Assembly (NCBI RefSeq): GCF_004010195.1
Contig: NC_057718.1
Span: 93,908,341 to 93,962,449, forward strand
DNA length: 54,109 nucleotides
Reading direction: 5' to 3'
Source: Chiloscyllium plagiosum
Taxonomy: Eukaryota
How positions within the stretch are numbered: position 1 is the stretch's first letter; every line of letters starts with the position of its first letter. Below are positions 36,173 through 49,461 of the stretch, piece after piece. The translations under genes were made by a program, and so were the position numbers. The notes below the pieces were generated by a model. The model saw only the letters and a program-made list of their open reading frames with translations, was not told the DNA's origin and did no database searches.

Positions 36173-36952
36173 AAGCTGAAAATCACTGACTCAATAACTC
36201 CGCCACACGCTCATAACTTCAGTCCTCTTGTAGTTAAGATGTATACATAGTAGCCATTATTTATGCCCTATTTCATTGAAGTGTCACAAAATGGACCAGA
36301 CTTTAATTGTCTGTGGGATATGGGCGTCACTGGCTGGTCCAGTATTTATTACCCATCCCTAGTTGCTCTTGAGAAAATGCTGGTGAGCTGCCTTCTTGAA
36401 CCCAAAAAACAGGCTTAACATAATGCCATTTTTACCGTTATAGGAGACCCAGGAAAAATCATGGCCGACAAAGCTAAAAAGGATGTGTGGCACCGTGGTG
36501 TGGAATTCTCGTTAATTTATTTCTAAGATTTACTGGTTAGGAAATTAACTACATGGGCTTACTTGTTTTGGCTAGGGTTTTCAGGATGATCTGAATTCAG
36601 TTTTAATGCAGTTTTTGATTGAGGTAATTGAAAGAAGTAAACACTTCTGATTTAAAAATAAGGGGAGAATGGTGCTATGCCATTCCTGTCTTTGCACCTC
36701 CTAGTGGTCATCCTAAAGATTACCTTCAAACAAGTCTCATGGCTGCTCGTTTTGATTGGACATATATGGTAAGACAGGAATGTAAAAAGAAGTAATGGAG
36801 ATTCATTTAAAATGAGGGGATTGTTCTTGGAAAGGTGGGAGCAATACGTTCCATCCAAATAAAATGCTGCTGCAAGTACAGAAGGTTAACTTTTTTTTAT
36901 TCAGATTTGATTGCTCAATGGGGATAGGGTGACTCAGCCATTACACTGAGCA

Positions 36953-37153
36953 ACACAGCAGGTCAGTCAGCATCCAAGGAGCAGCAAAATCGACGTTTCA
37001 GGCATAAGCCCTTTATCAGGATTAAGGGCCCTGATGAAGAGCTTATGCCTGAAACATCAACTCTCCCGCTCCTCGGATGCGGCCTGACCTGCTGTGCTTT
37101 TCCAGCACCACACTCTCGACTCTGTCCTCCAGCACCTGCAGTCCTCACTTTCT
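36953..37153. mobile_element. Fold-back Penelope-derived insert (family B)
   Basis: TSD CCATTAYACTGAGCA at 36938-36952 and 37154-37168; back-to-back hammerhead-like cores. Confidence 0.85.
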
Positions 37154-37589
37154 CCATTATACTGAGCACCAAGGAATATGTAGGGTTTATCTTGTTTGAA
37201 GGTGAAAAGCTATGAATCATTTTGTGCAATATGGCATCAAACTATTTAATTGTGGTTTTCCGCACAGTTTGGGCAGTATGTGAATGATTTAAGAAAAGTT
37301 AGCTGAACAGTTTTTTTCACAAAGTGAAGAGTTCAGCCAAAAGTGAAAATTTTATTAATTTTTTTCAGTGATCCACTTAGTCATTGAGCATTAGACTTAA
37401 ACATCTAAAACAATCTCTTTCACAAAGTATGGAAGTTTAAAACAATATAAATCTCCTACAAGCTGTGTCTATATTTCCAGCACCGAGATCCAGGATCAAG
37501 ACTGATTCAAACTGTTTACAGTTTCCGATGTCAATTCCTTGGTAGCAAGTCCATTTTCTTGTTCGTTAAGCTGAATTGGTAAAATCCTT

Positions 37590-37985
37590 TACTTTCAGTT
37601 CTGGACACCATCCTTTAGGAAGGATGTAAATGCGTTAGGGTGTTGAAGGGTGGTTCCAGGAATGAGAGAGATCAGTTGTGAGGATAGACTGGCAAAGTAG
37701 GAACTGTTATCATTGGAGAACAGAAAGCTAAGAGGAGATTGAGGTTTTCAAAGTCATGACAGGCCTGGATGGAATAGATAGAACATAGAACATAGATGAG
37801 AAGAAACTGTTCCCACTCAAGAAAAGATCAAGAACTAGGGGACACCAGTTTAGTGTGTTGCAAAAGAAGCAAATGTGATTTGAGAGAAAAGGGCATTTTC
37901 AGACGGTGAGTACTTAGTGTAAAGTGCCCTTCCTGGAAGTGTGGTGAAAGCCGGTTCAATTGTGACATTCAAGAGAACGTCAGAT
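37590..37985 (+). mobile_element. Old CR1 fragment
   Basis: CAGTTCTGG...GCTAAGAGGAGATTTGAGGTTTTCAAAGTCATG. Confidence 0.65.
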
Positions 37986-40810
37986 AAAAAGGCATAGGAG
38001 CAGAATTAACCCATCAACTCTGCTCCGCCATTCAATCGTGACTGGTCTGTTTCTCAATTCCATTCTCCTGCTTTTTCTCAGTAGCCATTGATCCCCTCAC
38101 TAAGCAGGAACCTATCTATCTCTGTCTTAATGACACTCAATGACTTGGCCTCTGCAGCAATGAGTTCCACAGATACACCACCTTTTCTGGCCGAAGAAAG
38201 TCCTCCTCCTCTTGGTTCTGAAGAGTTGTTGTTTCACTCTGATGCAATGCTTTCGGGACCTAATCTCTCCTTATGGAAATATCTTCAGCAGGTGCATTCT
38301 CTCCAGGCCTCTCAGGATTCTGTAAGTTTCAGTCAGATCCCTCCTCAATCGTCTAAATTCCATCAGGATACACCCAGAGTCTTCAACCGCTTTTATGACA
38401 AGCCCTTCATACCTGGGATCATTCTTGTAAATGCTCTCTGGACCCCCTTCAATGCCAGCACATCCTTCCTTAGATAAAGGGCCCAAAACTGCACGTAATA
38501 TTCCAAATGCAGTCTGACCAGAGCTTTTTACAACCTCAGCAATACATCTGCGCTCTTGTATTCTAGCCCCCTTGAAGTGAATTGCAACATAGTATTTGCC
38601 TTCCTAACTGCCAACTGACCTGCATATTAATTGAAAGGGAATCCTGAACTGTGACTCCCAAGTCCCTTTATGCTTCAGGTTTCTGAAATCTTTCCCCATT
38701 TAGAAAACAGTCCATAGTATGTCTCTATTCTTCCAACCAAAGTGCATATCCACACACTTTCCTAAATATCTGCATTTCTTTGCCTGTTCCCTGAGCCTGT
38801 CCAAGACCATCTGAAGCCTCCCACTCCTTCAATACTATCTCCACCTATCTGTGTGTTATCTGCACTCAACAATGTCAATAATACCCTCCGTTCCTTTCTC
38901 CAGACCATTTATGTGTAATATGGATAGTGTGTTTCCAACACAGACCTGTGCAGAGCTCCACTAGTCTCCAGCTGCCATTCTGACAAAGATGCCTTTATCC
39001 CTACACTCTGCCTTCTGCCAGTCAGCCAATCCTCTATCCTTGCCAGCACCTTTCCCCAACACCATGGGCTCTTCTCCTTGTCAAAGGCCCTCTGAGAATC
39101 TAAATTGATCACATCCACTGGTTCTCCTTTGTCTATCTTGCTCATTACCTCCTCAAAGAATTCTATCAGGTTTGTCAGTCGTGACGCCCCTTTGACAAGG
39201 TCATGCTGACTCAGCCCTATTTTTCCATGCACTTCCAAGTACTCTGCAATCTCATCCTTAATAATGGACTTTAAAATCTTAGCAACGACCAACATCAGGC
39301 TAACTAGCCTACAGTTTCCTGTCTTCTGCCTCCCTCTCTTCTTAAATTGGAGTGTTACATTACCTGTTTTCTGGTCCACTGGGGCGCTGCCTGACTCCAA
39401 TGAGTCCTGAATGATCACCACCAATGTCTCTACAATCTGCTTCAGAACTCGAGGGTGCAATCCATCTGGTCTGGGTGATTGATCCATCTTCAGACCCTTC
39501 AGCTTCCCCAGTACCACCACCTTGGTGATGGCCACTAGACTCACCTGTGCTTCCTGATTCTCTTGAAGTTCTGGTATGCTACTGGTGTTTTCTAATGTGA
39601 AGACTGATATAAAGTTCCTATTCAGTTCCTCTGCCATTTCTTTGTTCCCCATTACTACTTCTCCAGCCCCGTTTTCCAGCTGTGCAACATCCACTCTTGC
39701 CTCTCTCTTGAGCTCCATATTTTTTTTCTAAAACCTCTTGCAATCGTCTTTTAATATTACTGGCTAGCTTACGCTTGCATTTCATCTGTTTCCTTGTTAT
39801 TGCTTTTTAGTTATCCTCTGCTGGTTTTAAAAGGCTTCCCACTAACCTTCACCACATGATATGCATTTTCTTTTGTGTTAATGCTGTCCTTGACTTCTCT
39901 TGTCAACCATGATTGCCTTAGCTTCCCCTGAATATGTTTCTTCTTGTTTAGGATGAATTTCTGCTGCACCTCCCAAATTACCCCCGAAGATTCTTGCCAT
40001 TGCTTCTCCACCTGCTCCAGTGGAGGTGGAGAAGCAATGGCACTGCACCCTCACCGTGCCAGGGACCCGGGTTTGATTTCAGCCTCAGGCGACTGTGTGT
40101 CTGTGTGGAGTTCACACATTTGCCCCATGTCTGCTTGAGTTTCCTCTGGGTGCTCTGGTTTCCTCCCACAGTGATGTGCAGACTAGGTGGATTGGCCATG
40201 CTAAATTGCCCATAGTATCCAGGGGTGTGTAAGCTAGGTGGATTAGCCATGGGAAACGCAGGGTTACAAGGATAAGAAGGGGCAGTGGGTTTAGGTGGCG
40301 TGCCCTTGGGAGGGTCGGTATGGACTTGATGGGTCAAATGGCCTACTTCCACACTGTATTCTATTGTTCTACAAGGCTCTCCTTCCAATCAACTCTGGCC
40401 AGCTTTTCTCTGGCCAGTCTTTGTCATTACCTTTACTCAAATGTAATACTATTACATCTGATTCCAGCGTCTCCCACTCAAACTGCAGGGTGAATATTAT
40501 GGTCACCGTCCCCTTGGGGTTCCTTCACCTTAAACTCCCTAATCGAATCTACCTCATTACACATCACCAAATCCAGAATTGCCTGTTCCCCAGTGATATA
40601 TATTGCGAGCCACTCAGAAAAACCATCTTGTAGACATTCCATGGATTCCTTCTTTTGAGATTAGGACAGACCTTATTTCCCCATCTGTATATTGAAGACC
40701 CTCGTTTATTGTAATCGTGCTTTTCTTAGAGAAGACATCTATCTTCTGATTTATTTTCTTCCCAGATCCTGACTACTGCTTGGATGCCTGTAGGCAATTC
40801 CCGATAGGAT
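37985..40810 (-). mobile_element. Long decayed CR1 LINE ORF2 (RT) with 3' end; nested SINE about 40030-40365
   Basis: EMAEELNRNFISVFT...SPRPDGLHPRVLK...NCRLVSL...LTNLIEFFEEV...LDSQRAFDK. Confidence 0.92.
40030..40365 (+). mobile_element. HE1-type SINE nested in CR1
   Basis: GCCAGGGACCCGGGTTTGATTTC; GGATTGGCCATGCTAAATTGCC. Confidence 0.85.
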
Positions 40811-41700
40811 CTAGTTATATGTCAGTCTGTTTATGAAAGTCCATGTGTTAATTTCGTTGTCTCAACGATGTGATGCTCCAGGTAAGTGAACCTGTGACCT
40901 TCACATTTAACTCCAGAGCAGCTTTCAACTTGTAATTAAACCATGTTTGGTGACGTTTTCTGGTTTGACAGGCAGAACTACTTGCTAGTTCCCTTCAAGT
41001 ATCTGACGGTCCTGCCTGTTGCTACAAAAGATAATCCTGTGGAAACGTTTTGAACAAGTTGATTAAATATTCTGCTTCTGAAGTGAACATATCTATCTTA
41101 CCTGAATGGCTACATACACTATGAATCATGAAAATTAGGGCCCAGCTGTGAGAAATGTGGAAGCTCAAACACAATTAAGTAAATTAATATTGTGGAATGA
41201 TGTGCTGTCTTGACTATTTTTATCCATCCGCACATTAATGGAGTTGTGGGAGGCAACAGGAAATTATTTTCCAAACTATATTTATTTAGTCCTTAATGCA
41301 TTTCCTTCCAATGTGTTAAATGCACGAGTCATTCGTGATATTTACATGAAGCTATCACAGTTCAGAATTGCCTCTACTTAGGAAGGTTTATTTTCAATCA
41401 AAAGGTCTAAGTAGATTTGTTAACACCAGTTGGGTTATCCAGCTTTGAAAGTTAGCCTTCCACCGCGACAGTGTTGCTGTATAGTCCTGTGATCTGTTAC
41501 CTCTCTGACCCAATCTCAGTTTATTCACTAAATTCAACAGGTAAAACGAAGACCTTGATTCGGGTGAACTCTGAAATCTCCTCCATTTGGAATTGTGTGG
41601 GCATGGGACCATAAAATCACCAGCTTATTGTCACAAACCACAAGCTCAGGTATTCCAGCCAAACTGAGGGGACCTTGCAAAACTAATATCCACTCTTGGT

Positions 41701-41920
41701 GTGGAGGTGCCAATGTTGGACTAGGGTGGGCAAAGTTTAAAAATCACATGACACCAGGTAATAGTCAAATGGGTTTATTTGGAAGCACTAGCTTTTGGAG
41801 CGCTGCTCCTTTGTCACCTTGCGAGCTGGCTACCTGACAAAGGAGCAGCACCCTGAAAGCTTGTACTTCCAAGTAAACCTGTTGGACTATAACCTGGTAT
41901 CGTGTGACTTCTAACTTTGC
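41701..41920. mobile_element. Fold-back Penelope pLTR insert (family A)
   Basis: Inverted arms centred near 41825; approximate TSD CAYTCTTGGT. Confidence 0.75.
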
Positions 41921-42065
41921 ACATTCTTGGTACAGAGATGTAAAAGTCATCAAGCCGGGAGATAATGAAGGTGCTGTACACTATTCCCCAGTTTCCAACT
42001 TCCCGTTCTAAATGCCACCATGCACTGGGTTCAATAAGCTATCCTAGCAAGGCATGATGGGATTT

Positions 42066-42370
42066 GGGTGGCACAGTGGTTAGCACTGCTGCCTCACCGT
42101 GCCAGAGACCCAGGTTCAATTCCCACCTCAGGCAACTGTCTGTGTGGAGTTTGTACATTTCTCCCCGTGTCTGCGTGGGTGTGCTCTGGTTTCCTCCCTC
42201 AGCCCAAAAATGTGCAGGTTAGGTGAATTGGCCATGCTAAATTGCCAGTAGTGTTAGGTGAAGGGGCAAATGTAGGGGAATGGGTCTGGGTGGGTTGCTC
42301 TTCGGAGGGTCAGTATGGACTTGTTGGGCCAAAGGGCCTGTTTCCACACTAAGTAATCTAATCTAATCAA
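42066..42370 (+). mobile_element. HE1-type SINE
   Basis: Head with GGTTCAATTCC B box; (AATCT)n tail. Confidence 0.9.
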
Positions 42371-42569
42371 ATTGTTATAGTAAAGCTGCTGAAGATTAAA
42401 TTGAGTATTCAAACATTGTGTTACTACCAAGCAACAAACTGCTACTGTATGACAGAAAGCCACCTTGGTGAAGAGTGATGCTGGAGCCAATCTTTATTCA
42501 GTCTCATAGTTATTTAGAGTGAAAGATTACACGCTTATACCTCCTAACTCAAACACATCAGTTTTGTCT

Positions 42570-42940
42570 AGGATTTAGAAGGTTAGGGAGTTATCTGATC
42601 AAAGTCTTCAAGCTAATAACAGAAAAGGATAGGATTGGTGGTCTTTTTTTTTTCTTGGGATTGGAGAATCCAAAAGTAGATGGAATAGGTTTAAAGTGAG
42701 AGAAAAAAGATTTAAAAGGGACTTGAGGGTGTAGTATGCATGCAATGAGCTGCCAGAGGAAGTGGTGGAGGTTGGTGCAATTGTAACATTTAAAAGGCCC
42801 CTGAATGGGTATATGAATAGGAAGGGTTTAGAGGGATATGGGGCCAAGTGCTGGAAAATGTGCCTAGATTAGTTGAGGATATCTGGTCAGCATGAACGGG
42901 TCGGACCGAAAGGTCTGTTTTTAAAGCTGTGTAACTCTGA
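42570..42940 (+). mobile_element. CR1 3' fragment
   Basis: GAGCTGCCAGAGGAAGTGGTGGAGG. Confidence 0.8.
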
Positions 42941-43147
42941 TTGTATGATTCGGACAGATGAATCAGACAGGAACAACTGCTTGCAGAATTATTTTGCTCC
43001 AGAGCGTTGTGACCTACAGCCCTCGATTAGCGCAGGCCCCAGATGTGAGGCCTACATTTACGAGAACCACAAAGGCTTTCATTCCCTAAACATGCTGTGC
43101 CTTTGTAATAGAGGTATAGCTTCCTGCATGTGACATCAGGATATCAT

Positions 43148-43374
43148 AGCTGAAAAATGTGTTGCTGGAAAAGTGCAGCAGGTCAGGCAGCATCCAAGGA
43201 GCAGGAAAATCGACGTTTCGGGCATAAGCCCTTCTTCAGGAATCATTCCTGAAGAAGGGCTTATGCCCAAAACGTCGATTCTCCTGCTCCTTGGATGCTG
43301 CCTGACCTGCTGTGCTTTTCCAGCAACACATTTTTCAGCTCTGACCTCCAGCATCTGCAGTCCTCACTTTCTCC
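43148..43374. mobile_element. Young fold-back Penelope-derived insert (family B)
   Basis: About 95-bp near-perfect inverted arms; perfect 15-bp TSD ACATCAGGATATCAT at 43133-43147 and 43375-43389. Confidence 0.92.
43209..43242 (-). ncRNA. Minimal hammerhead ribozyme motif (family B), intact core
   Basis: Minus strand CUGAAGA-A-GGGC-UUAU-GCCC-GAAA-CG-UC; GUC cleavage triplet. Confidence 0.7.
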
Positions 43375-44534
43375 ACATCAGGATATCATGTCAATAGCTG
43401 GGATGAGGATGGCTGCCAGGCAGCAGAGCATATCCACGTCTCCCATGATTCCTGCCTTTCTGCAGGGAAAGGCAACAATGAAAGAAAAGATAGAAAATGA
43501 ACAATGTATCGGGATTCTTAATGGAGAATTCAGCTTCAAGACTGGTTCAGGGCTGTGCCACAACATGTACCAAGACTGTTTGGCGAAGCATGTTTGTGAG
43601 CTTTCTCCTCTTTTTCTCTCACGGGGAGTCAGTGTCACTGACAAAGGAGAGATTCTACATGGTGCAGGGGTAGATGGTTATAATACTGTTGAATCTGGCC
43701 CAGTACAGTTTGTTCTGCTACAATGCATGTTTCTTCAATGCGAATTGGCTTTAAAGCAACTAAAGAATTTTGACCGTCGTTTGTGGAAGATGAACTTTCC
43801 TTATCTGTGTTGGCTATAATGCGATTCTGACCCCATTAGTTTAAATGATGCAGCCATTGCACGATTTTCTTAGAACTCAGATGGCATGAGAACAGAACCA
43901 TCGCTTAATCTGAGAGCTGACTGTATCTCCTGCTCCCAGTCAGCCGAAATCTCCATTAATTTGGGTCTCTGTTGAAGACCGTTCTGAAGTCTTGACTCAT
44001 CAAAGCTTTACCTCCTTTCAGCAATCTCCAAATGTCTTCACCCTCTCCACCAATGTTCTACTGTCCTCGACTACTATAAATTGCAGAGGGGATGCATTGC
44101 AGTGAGCATTTGCTCCAGTCTCTAGATCTGCAATGACATTTCAATACCAGGCATTGTTATTATCAATGATTTTCTATGTCAGTTGGAGTTTTTTCTTACA
44201 CTGAAGCATGTTCTTTAGTGGGCAGCTTGTCTCAGTTCGTTTTGGATATTGTCCAAGTTCAAAACAGACACAGGACTTGAGAAAATACTGACGATATAAG
44301 CTACCTTAAACATATTTGGAATCAAATTCCTTTTGTCTGTATATAGCATGAAAGAATACCGACGCATCTTTAACTCTACTGCCTCATTAAGGAATCAGAT
44401 TGTACCCCAAAATATTATTTACAGATGACCAGACAATGAGTTCAGTGGTGATTTAAGTAACTCCCTGAAATGCAACATTATGTAGGCTTAGGACCGCAAC
44501 GCTTTAGTCTCACCAATGTCTTGCAAACCAAAGG

Positions 44535-44826
44535 GCTGCTCTCTCATTACAGAAAGAGAAGAGACAATTGGTGGTAAATTTTAACCTGAAGATTACCACC
44601 CTACTTTAGGACAGGGGGCACTGACTTCATGATCACTTCAGTTGCTGTGGAAATTGAACCTGTGCTGTTGGCATCATTCTGTATGGCCAACCAGGCATTC
44701 CAGCTTTTGCCCGAAATGTCGATTTTACTGCTACTCGGATGCTGCCTGAACTGCTGTGCTTTTCCAGCACCACTAATCCAGAATCTGGTTTCCAGCATCT
44801 GCAGTCCTTGTTTTAACCAGGCATTC
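44535..44826 (-). mobile_element. tRNA-derived SINE remnant with nested family B insert (44701-44814)
   Basis: TSD AACCAGGCATTC at 44689-44700 and 44815-44826. Confidence 0.65.
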
Positions 44827-46404
44827 GGCAAATAATGAGGTGAATCAACTGCTCACCTGTTGTTTGAAGGAGGAATTTGCAAGAAGAACTGTCTGCTTGG
44901 TCAAATTGCATGGTTAGATCTTTTATACTGAACAGAGCTATGAAATGTTAAGGAAAGATGCATCTTCAGCACAGCTGAAGTTATACATTTGAAAGCTGGT
45001 GCCTGGTTTCATCTATAAGAATAGCTCAAGCAGAACCTCCCAACAGTTTTGAGTTAGACCAAACCAGTTAAGCTTTATTTCTTCCATAAGGGCTGTAAGG
45101 GGGCTGTTCCTGTGCTGTATCGTTCTTTATTCTACATCCTATATCGTCAGTAAGCAATATTAAGACAGCTTTACACAACAGAGGCCTGGAACCATATGGT
45201 GTCACTTTGGTAATGGCCTGTTATGGGAAACAGTGCTCCTGCACATCTACACACTGCCAGCCTTTCCTCCAAAGGCATCACAACCATTGGCCTATTGCCA
45301 ATGAGCCAAGCATTTAAAATGTACTTTTTAAGATCAGCCTTTCTTTTCTGTCAGGCTGGTTTTTTTTTGATCAACAATCTGGGCATTTAACATTAGTCAC
45401 TGTGTGACCCTTCTCTCTTGTGCACTTGGTCACTAGTAATAGTAAAACGGTGGATAGTTAATATTCATCTGTTGGTACTTAAATCTATAATGCAGCTTTA
45501 GGACGCCATCCCAACAGCTCCCTATTAGTAGCAGCAGAGGTATTAATGGTTGCAATGAAAGCATAATCTAACATAAATAACTCCATCTATCCTTTAATGA
45601 ATGAGATGATTTTTCTTGGAGCTATCATTTTTAGCTATGGTCATGTTCCCTGAGTGTGTGTGTGTCAGTCTCCAATCTGTGCATATGTGTCTCTACTCTA
45701 TTCCTATATATTCAAATGTTACTCATTTTTTGTGTTGACTAACAATTGCTAGGAGAGTTAGCTGTAAAAATTTAAAGGTGACTTTTTTTAGCATTTGCTA
45801 CAAAGTGGTCTGAATGCTGTGGAAGTTAGCAGAAAGATCATTCAGTATAAATCTCCATCTTCAAGGTAGGTTCACATTTTTTTTTCCCAGGATTCAGTGG
45901 AAAGACATGAGCAGTTTGGTTAAATGTGAGAATGGGACTGTGCATGTAGCTAGTGAAGGGATGCCGAAAGAATTTTGAGGGATATACTTAGAAACAGTGA
46001 AGTGATTGCTTCCTGGGAAATAAGTGGTACTTGATGTTCTTACTAATTGCTTTAGCTGGTGATTTTGTTGGGGTCTGGCTTAGCTCTTCCATTCCTACGA
46101 AACATTATAAGCCAGTTTCTAGGGGCACTGTCTTATCTCTCAAGCCCAGAGAACAGGAACAGGCCCTTCAGCACAACATCGTGGGCTGAACACGACACCA
46201 AATGAAACTAATCCCTTCTTCTTTCTATATCCCTCCATACCTTTCATATTCATGTGCTTATCTAAAAGTTCTTTAAACACTCCTAGCAGCACGTTCCAGA
46301 CCCTTACCACTCTCTTTTATATAATAATCTTTGTCCCCACATCTCCTTTGAACTCTCTCTCACCCCTCTTATTTCCCCCCCGCCCCTTCAAACTCTTCAG
46401 CCTA

Positions 46405-46580
46405 TAATGGCTGGTGGTGAGTTTAACCCAAGGATTGCCATGCATTAGGTGAGGGGGGGGGGGGAAGGTTAAGAAGGAGAGTCCTCATTGTAACCAAAGC
46501 TGGTGTGGGAATTGAACCCATGCAGTTGGTGTCATCACTCTACATTAGAGACCAGTCATCTAGGCAACTGAGCTAACCAA
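46405..46580 (-). mobile_element. tRNA-derived SINE (second family)
   Basis: Minus strand TAGCTCAGTTG A box and GGGTTCAATTCCC B box. Confidence 0.75.
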
Positions 46581-46619
46581 ACGCCTCTGTAACCTATGAA
46601 GAATTCCTAACTAAAGATA

Positions 46620-46812
46620 TGATTTGGAGATGCCAGTTTTGGACTGGGGTGTACAAAGTTAAAAATCTCAACACCAGGTTATAGTCCAACAAGTTTAATT
46701 GGAAGCACACTAGCTTTCAGAGCGCCGCTCCTTCATCAAGTGGTTGTCGGCGCTCCGAAATCTAGTGCTTCGAATTAAACCTGTTGGACTATAACCTGGT
46801 GTTGTTTGATTT
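46620..46812. mobile_element. Fold-back Penelope pLTR insert (family A)
   Basis: 13-bp TSD CTAACTAAAGATA at 46607-46619 and 46813-46825. Confidence 0.88.
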
Positions 46813-48116
46813 CTAACTAAAGATAGTACTTTTTTAATGTATAACAAGGAAATGAGAAGAGATGGGTTGGATGTCTACGCGCAGATAAATCCCTTTAAGA
46901 TTTGCAACAGGGCTGTGATACAATCTTGTCGGAAAGTTTAAATTGACACTTACAGGCTCACATTACCAGTACTTGGAGGTTTTCCTTGTATTAAAATGAT
47001 ATCCCACCTAAACATATATAAACAAGAAGACAAATCAATTGAACTGTTTGTTACCAATGTAATTCACAGCATAGTGTAAATTATTGTGCAAATTTACTAT
47101 TCAATGCCAGTATCTCTGAGGGGATTATAAAAGAAAATAGTCAAATATTGATGTTCAGTAACTTCAAATATTTGGATTGTGTTTTGTGGCTTCAGTACTT
47201 CAAATGAGACCAAGGAATAAAAAGAGAGGGTGAACAGTAAACAAAAAATAAATATTGACAGTGAGATGCCTATCATGTCTGCCATCACTGTCTGCTAGTT
47301 TAACCAAAGTAGAAGATCTAGCCTGTGAGAGCTCTTGAAGTAATGACACTCCGAATTAATCATTTGGCTTATTCTTTTTTTTAAAATATTTAAATCTAGG
47401 TTATCATTCAATGGGATATTGTGACAGCTTTAAGTCAATGTGAGCCACACATCATTGCATTTAAGCTTAGATTGTTTGATTCATGGGAATGATTAATATC
47501 CTATTTATAAATTAACACCACACCCTGGGAAACAGCATCAATGTAGCAGCTCCTGATACTCTTTCTCAGCAGATGGTTAAGGTGGTTAACCCCATTTGCA
47601 AATTCAAACCCCATTTGATGCAATGTTCTATTGCGTTCGCTGAGTGACTCCAGTCCGAGCAATGTCTCGATTGTTTGAAAAAAGTGAAAAAGAAATTTAC
47701 AATGTTCTGAGCCTCACCCCTCCCTGTCTCTGTAACCTCATCCAGCCTGCAACACTCAAATCTCAGCATTACTCCGTCTTATAAGCCTCCATTGTTCGCA
47801 AACTAGGAACTGAAACCTGGAATTCCCTCCCTCAAACCGCCCTCCTGGCTTTCCTCCTCAGAAAAACTCCTTAAAACCTATGTCTTTACCCTGATTATGG
47901 GTTAGCTATCCTCTCTCTGGCTCAGTATTAAGTGCCTTGGGGTGTTTTACCATTTCAAAGGTGCTACATAAATGCAAATTGAGATTGTTGAACTCCTAGC
48001 CTATCTGGTTAATTTTGATATTGTCACCCAGTGTAGAAGTTCCCCGAAATAAGGCAAGTCTGGACTGATTGGGCAAATGGTATTCCCCTACTTTATGACA
48101 AACAGGATTTATAGAC

Positions 48117-49461
48117 TTGGAGATGCTGGTGTTGGACTAAGCTGCACAAAGTTAAAAATCACACAACACCAGGCTATAGTCCAACAGGTTTATTTGGAAG
48201 CACTAGCTTTCAGAGCACTGCTCCTTCTGGTGGTTGTCGAGTATAAGATTGTAAGACAGAGTTTATAGCAAAGGTTTACAGTGTGATGTAACTGAAATTA
48301 TATATAGAAAAAAGACCTGCATTGTTTAAGTCTTATCTTGTAGAATGACCACCTTGTACATGGCAGGTACTCATGTGACTCAGCCAACGTTGTCTATCTT
48401 ATACGTTGCAGGCAAGGATGCCCTGAGGCATGGTACATTGGGGAAACCGAGCAAAGGCTACGGCAACGGATGAAAGGGCACCACACAACAATCAACAGAC
48501 AGGAGTGTTCTCTCCCAGTTGGGGAACACTTCAGTGGTCCAGGACATTCGACCTCGGACCTTGGGGTGACCATCCTCCAAGGTGGACTTCGGGACAGGCA
48601 GCAGTGAAAAGTGGCCGAGCAGAGGCTGATAGCTAAGTTTGGTACCCATAGGGAGGGCCTCAACTGGGACCTTGGGTTCATGTCACACTACAAGTTACCC
48701 CATTGCACTACATACACACACGCACGCGGACATGCGCACTCACGGACACCCACCCACTCACGGACACCCACTCCCACACTCTCTCACAGACACTCTCAAC
48801 CCCCCACCCCAGACACTCACATACACTCTCACATGCATCCCCTCACAGACTTAAGACACTCTACACTCCCTACACACATATACACTCTCTCACTCTCACA
48901 ACCCCCAACCCAGACAGACCGACACACACAGACAAAGACTCACACGTGCGCACACATTTTGTGGGATGAATTTGTACTTGTAGAGTTACATTGTACTCTG
49001 CTCAAAAACTGCATGGATTTGTGTAAAACTCTGTTATCTCACTTTTTAGATTAGAATCAACCTTAGCCCCATGTGTTCTCTGTCTATGCCATGATGCTAA
49101 CACCTTCAACATATTGTCTAGCTAACACCCATTGTTACAGCTAACCTGAGAATGCAACCTTTTTTATATAAAAAAGTTTTGTAATTTACACATGAAAGAA
49201 GTGAAACTATCATGGTATTCGAACAGATGAAAGACTCAGCAGACAATCAAGGTATTTTTCAATGTATAATTTCAGTTACATTACACTGTAAATTTTTGCT
49301 ATAAATTCTGTGCCTTAGAATTTGTCCTTCACTATCACCTGATGAAGGAGCGTCGCTACGAAAGCTAGTGAGCTTCCAACTAAACCTGTCGGACTATAAC
49401 CTGGTGTTGTGATTTTTTTAACTTTGTACACTGCAGTCCAACACCAGCAAATCCAAATCAT
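48117..49461 (+). mobile_element. Penelope-like element remnant: inverted pLTR + GIY-YIG pseudo-ORF + CA-rich tract + 3' pLTR
   Basis: ANVVYLIRCRQGCPEAWYIGETEQRLRQRMKGH...PVGEHF...(stop)...EQRLIAKFGTHREGLNWD at about 48383-48695; 48117-48350 inverted relative to about 49210-49460. Confidence 0.9.
49336..49370 (+). ncRNA. Minimal hammerhead ribozyme motif (family A)
   Basis: CAC-CUGAUGA-AGGAGCGUCGCUAC-GAAA-GC-UA-GUG. Confidence 0.6.

Noticed and set aside
38909..39718. Functional reverse transcriptase gene
   Set aside because: CR1 fragment with degraded motifs and frameshifts
43295..43819. 174-aa ORF as host gene
   Set aside because: Starts inside a transposon insert; no recognisable domain
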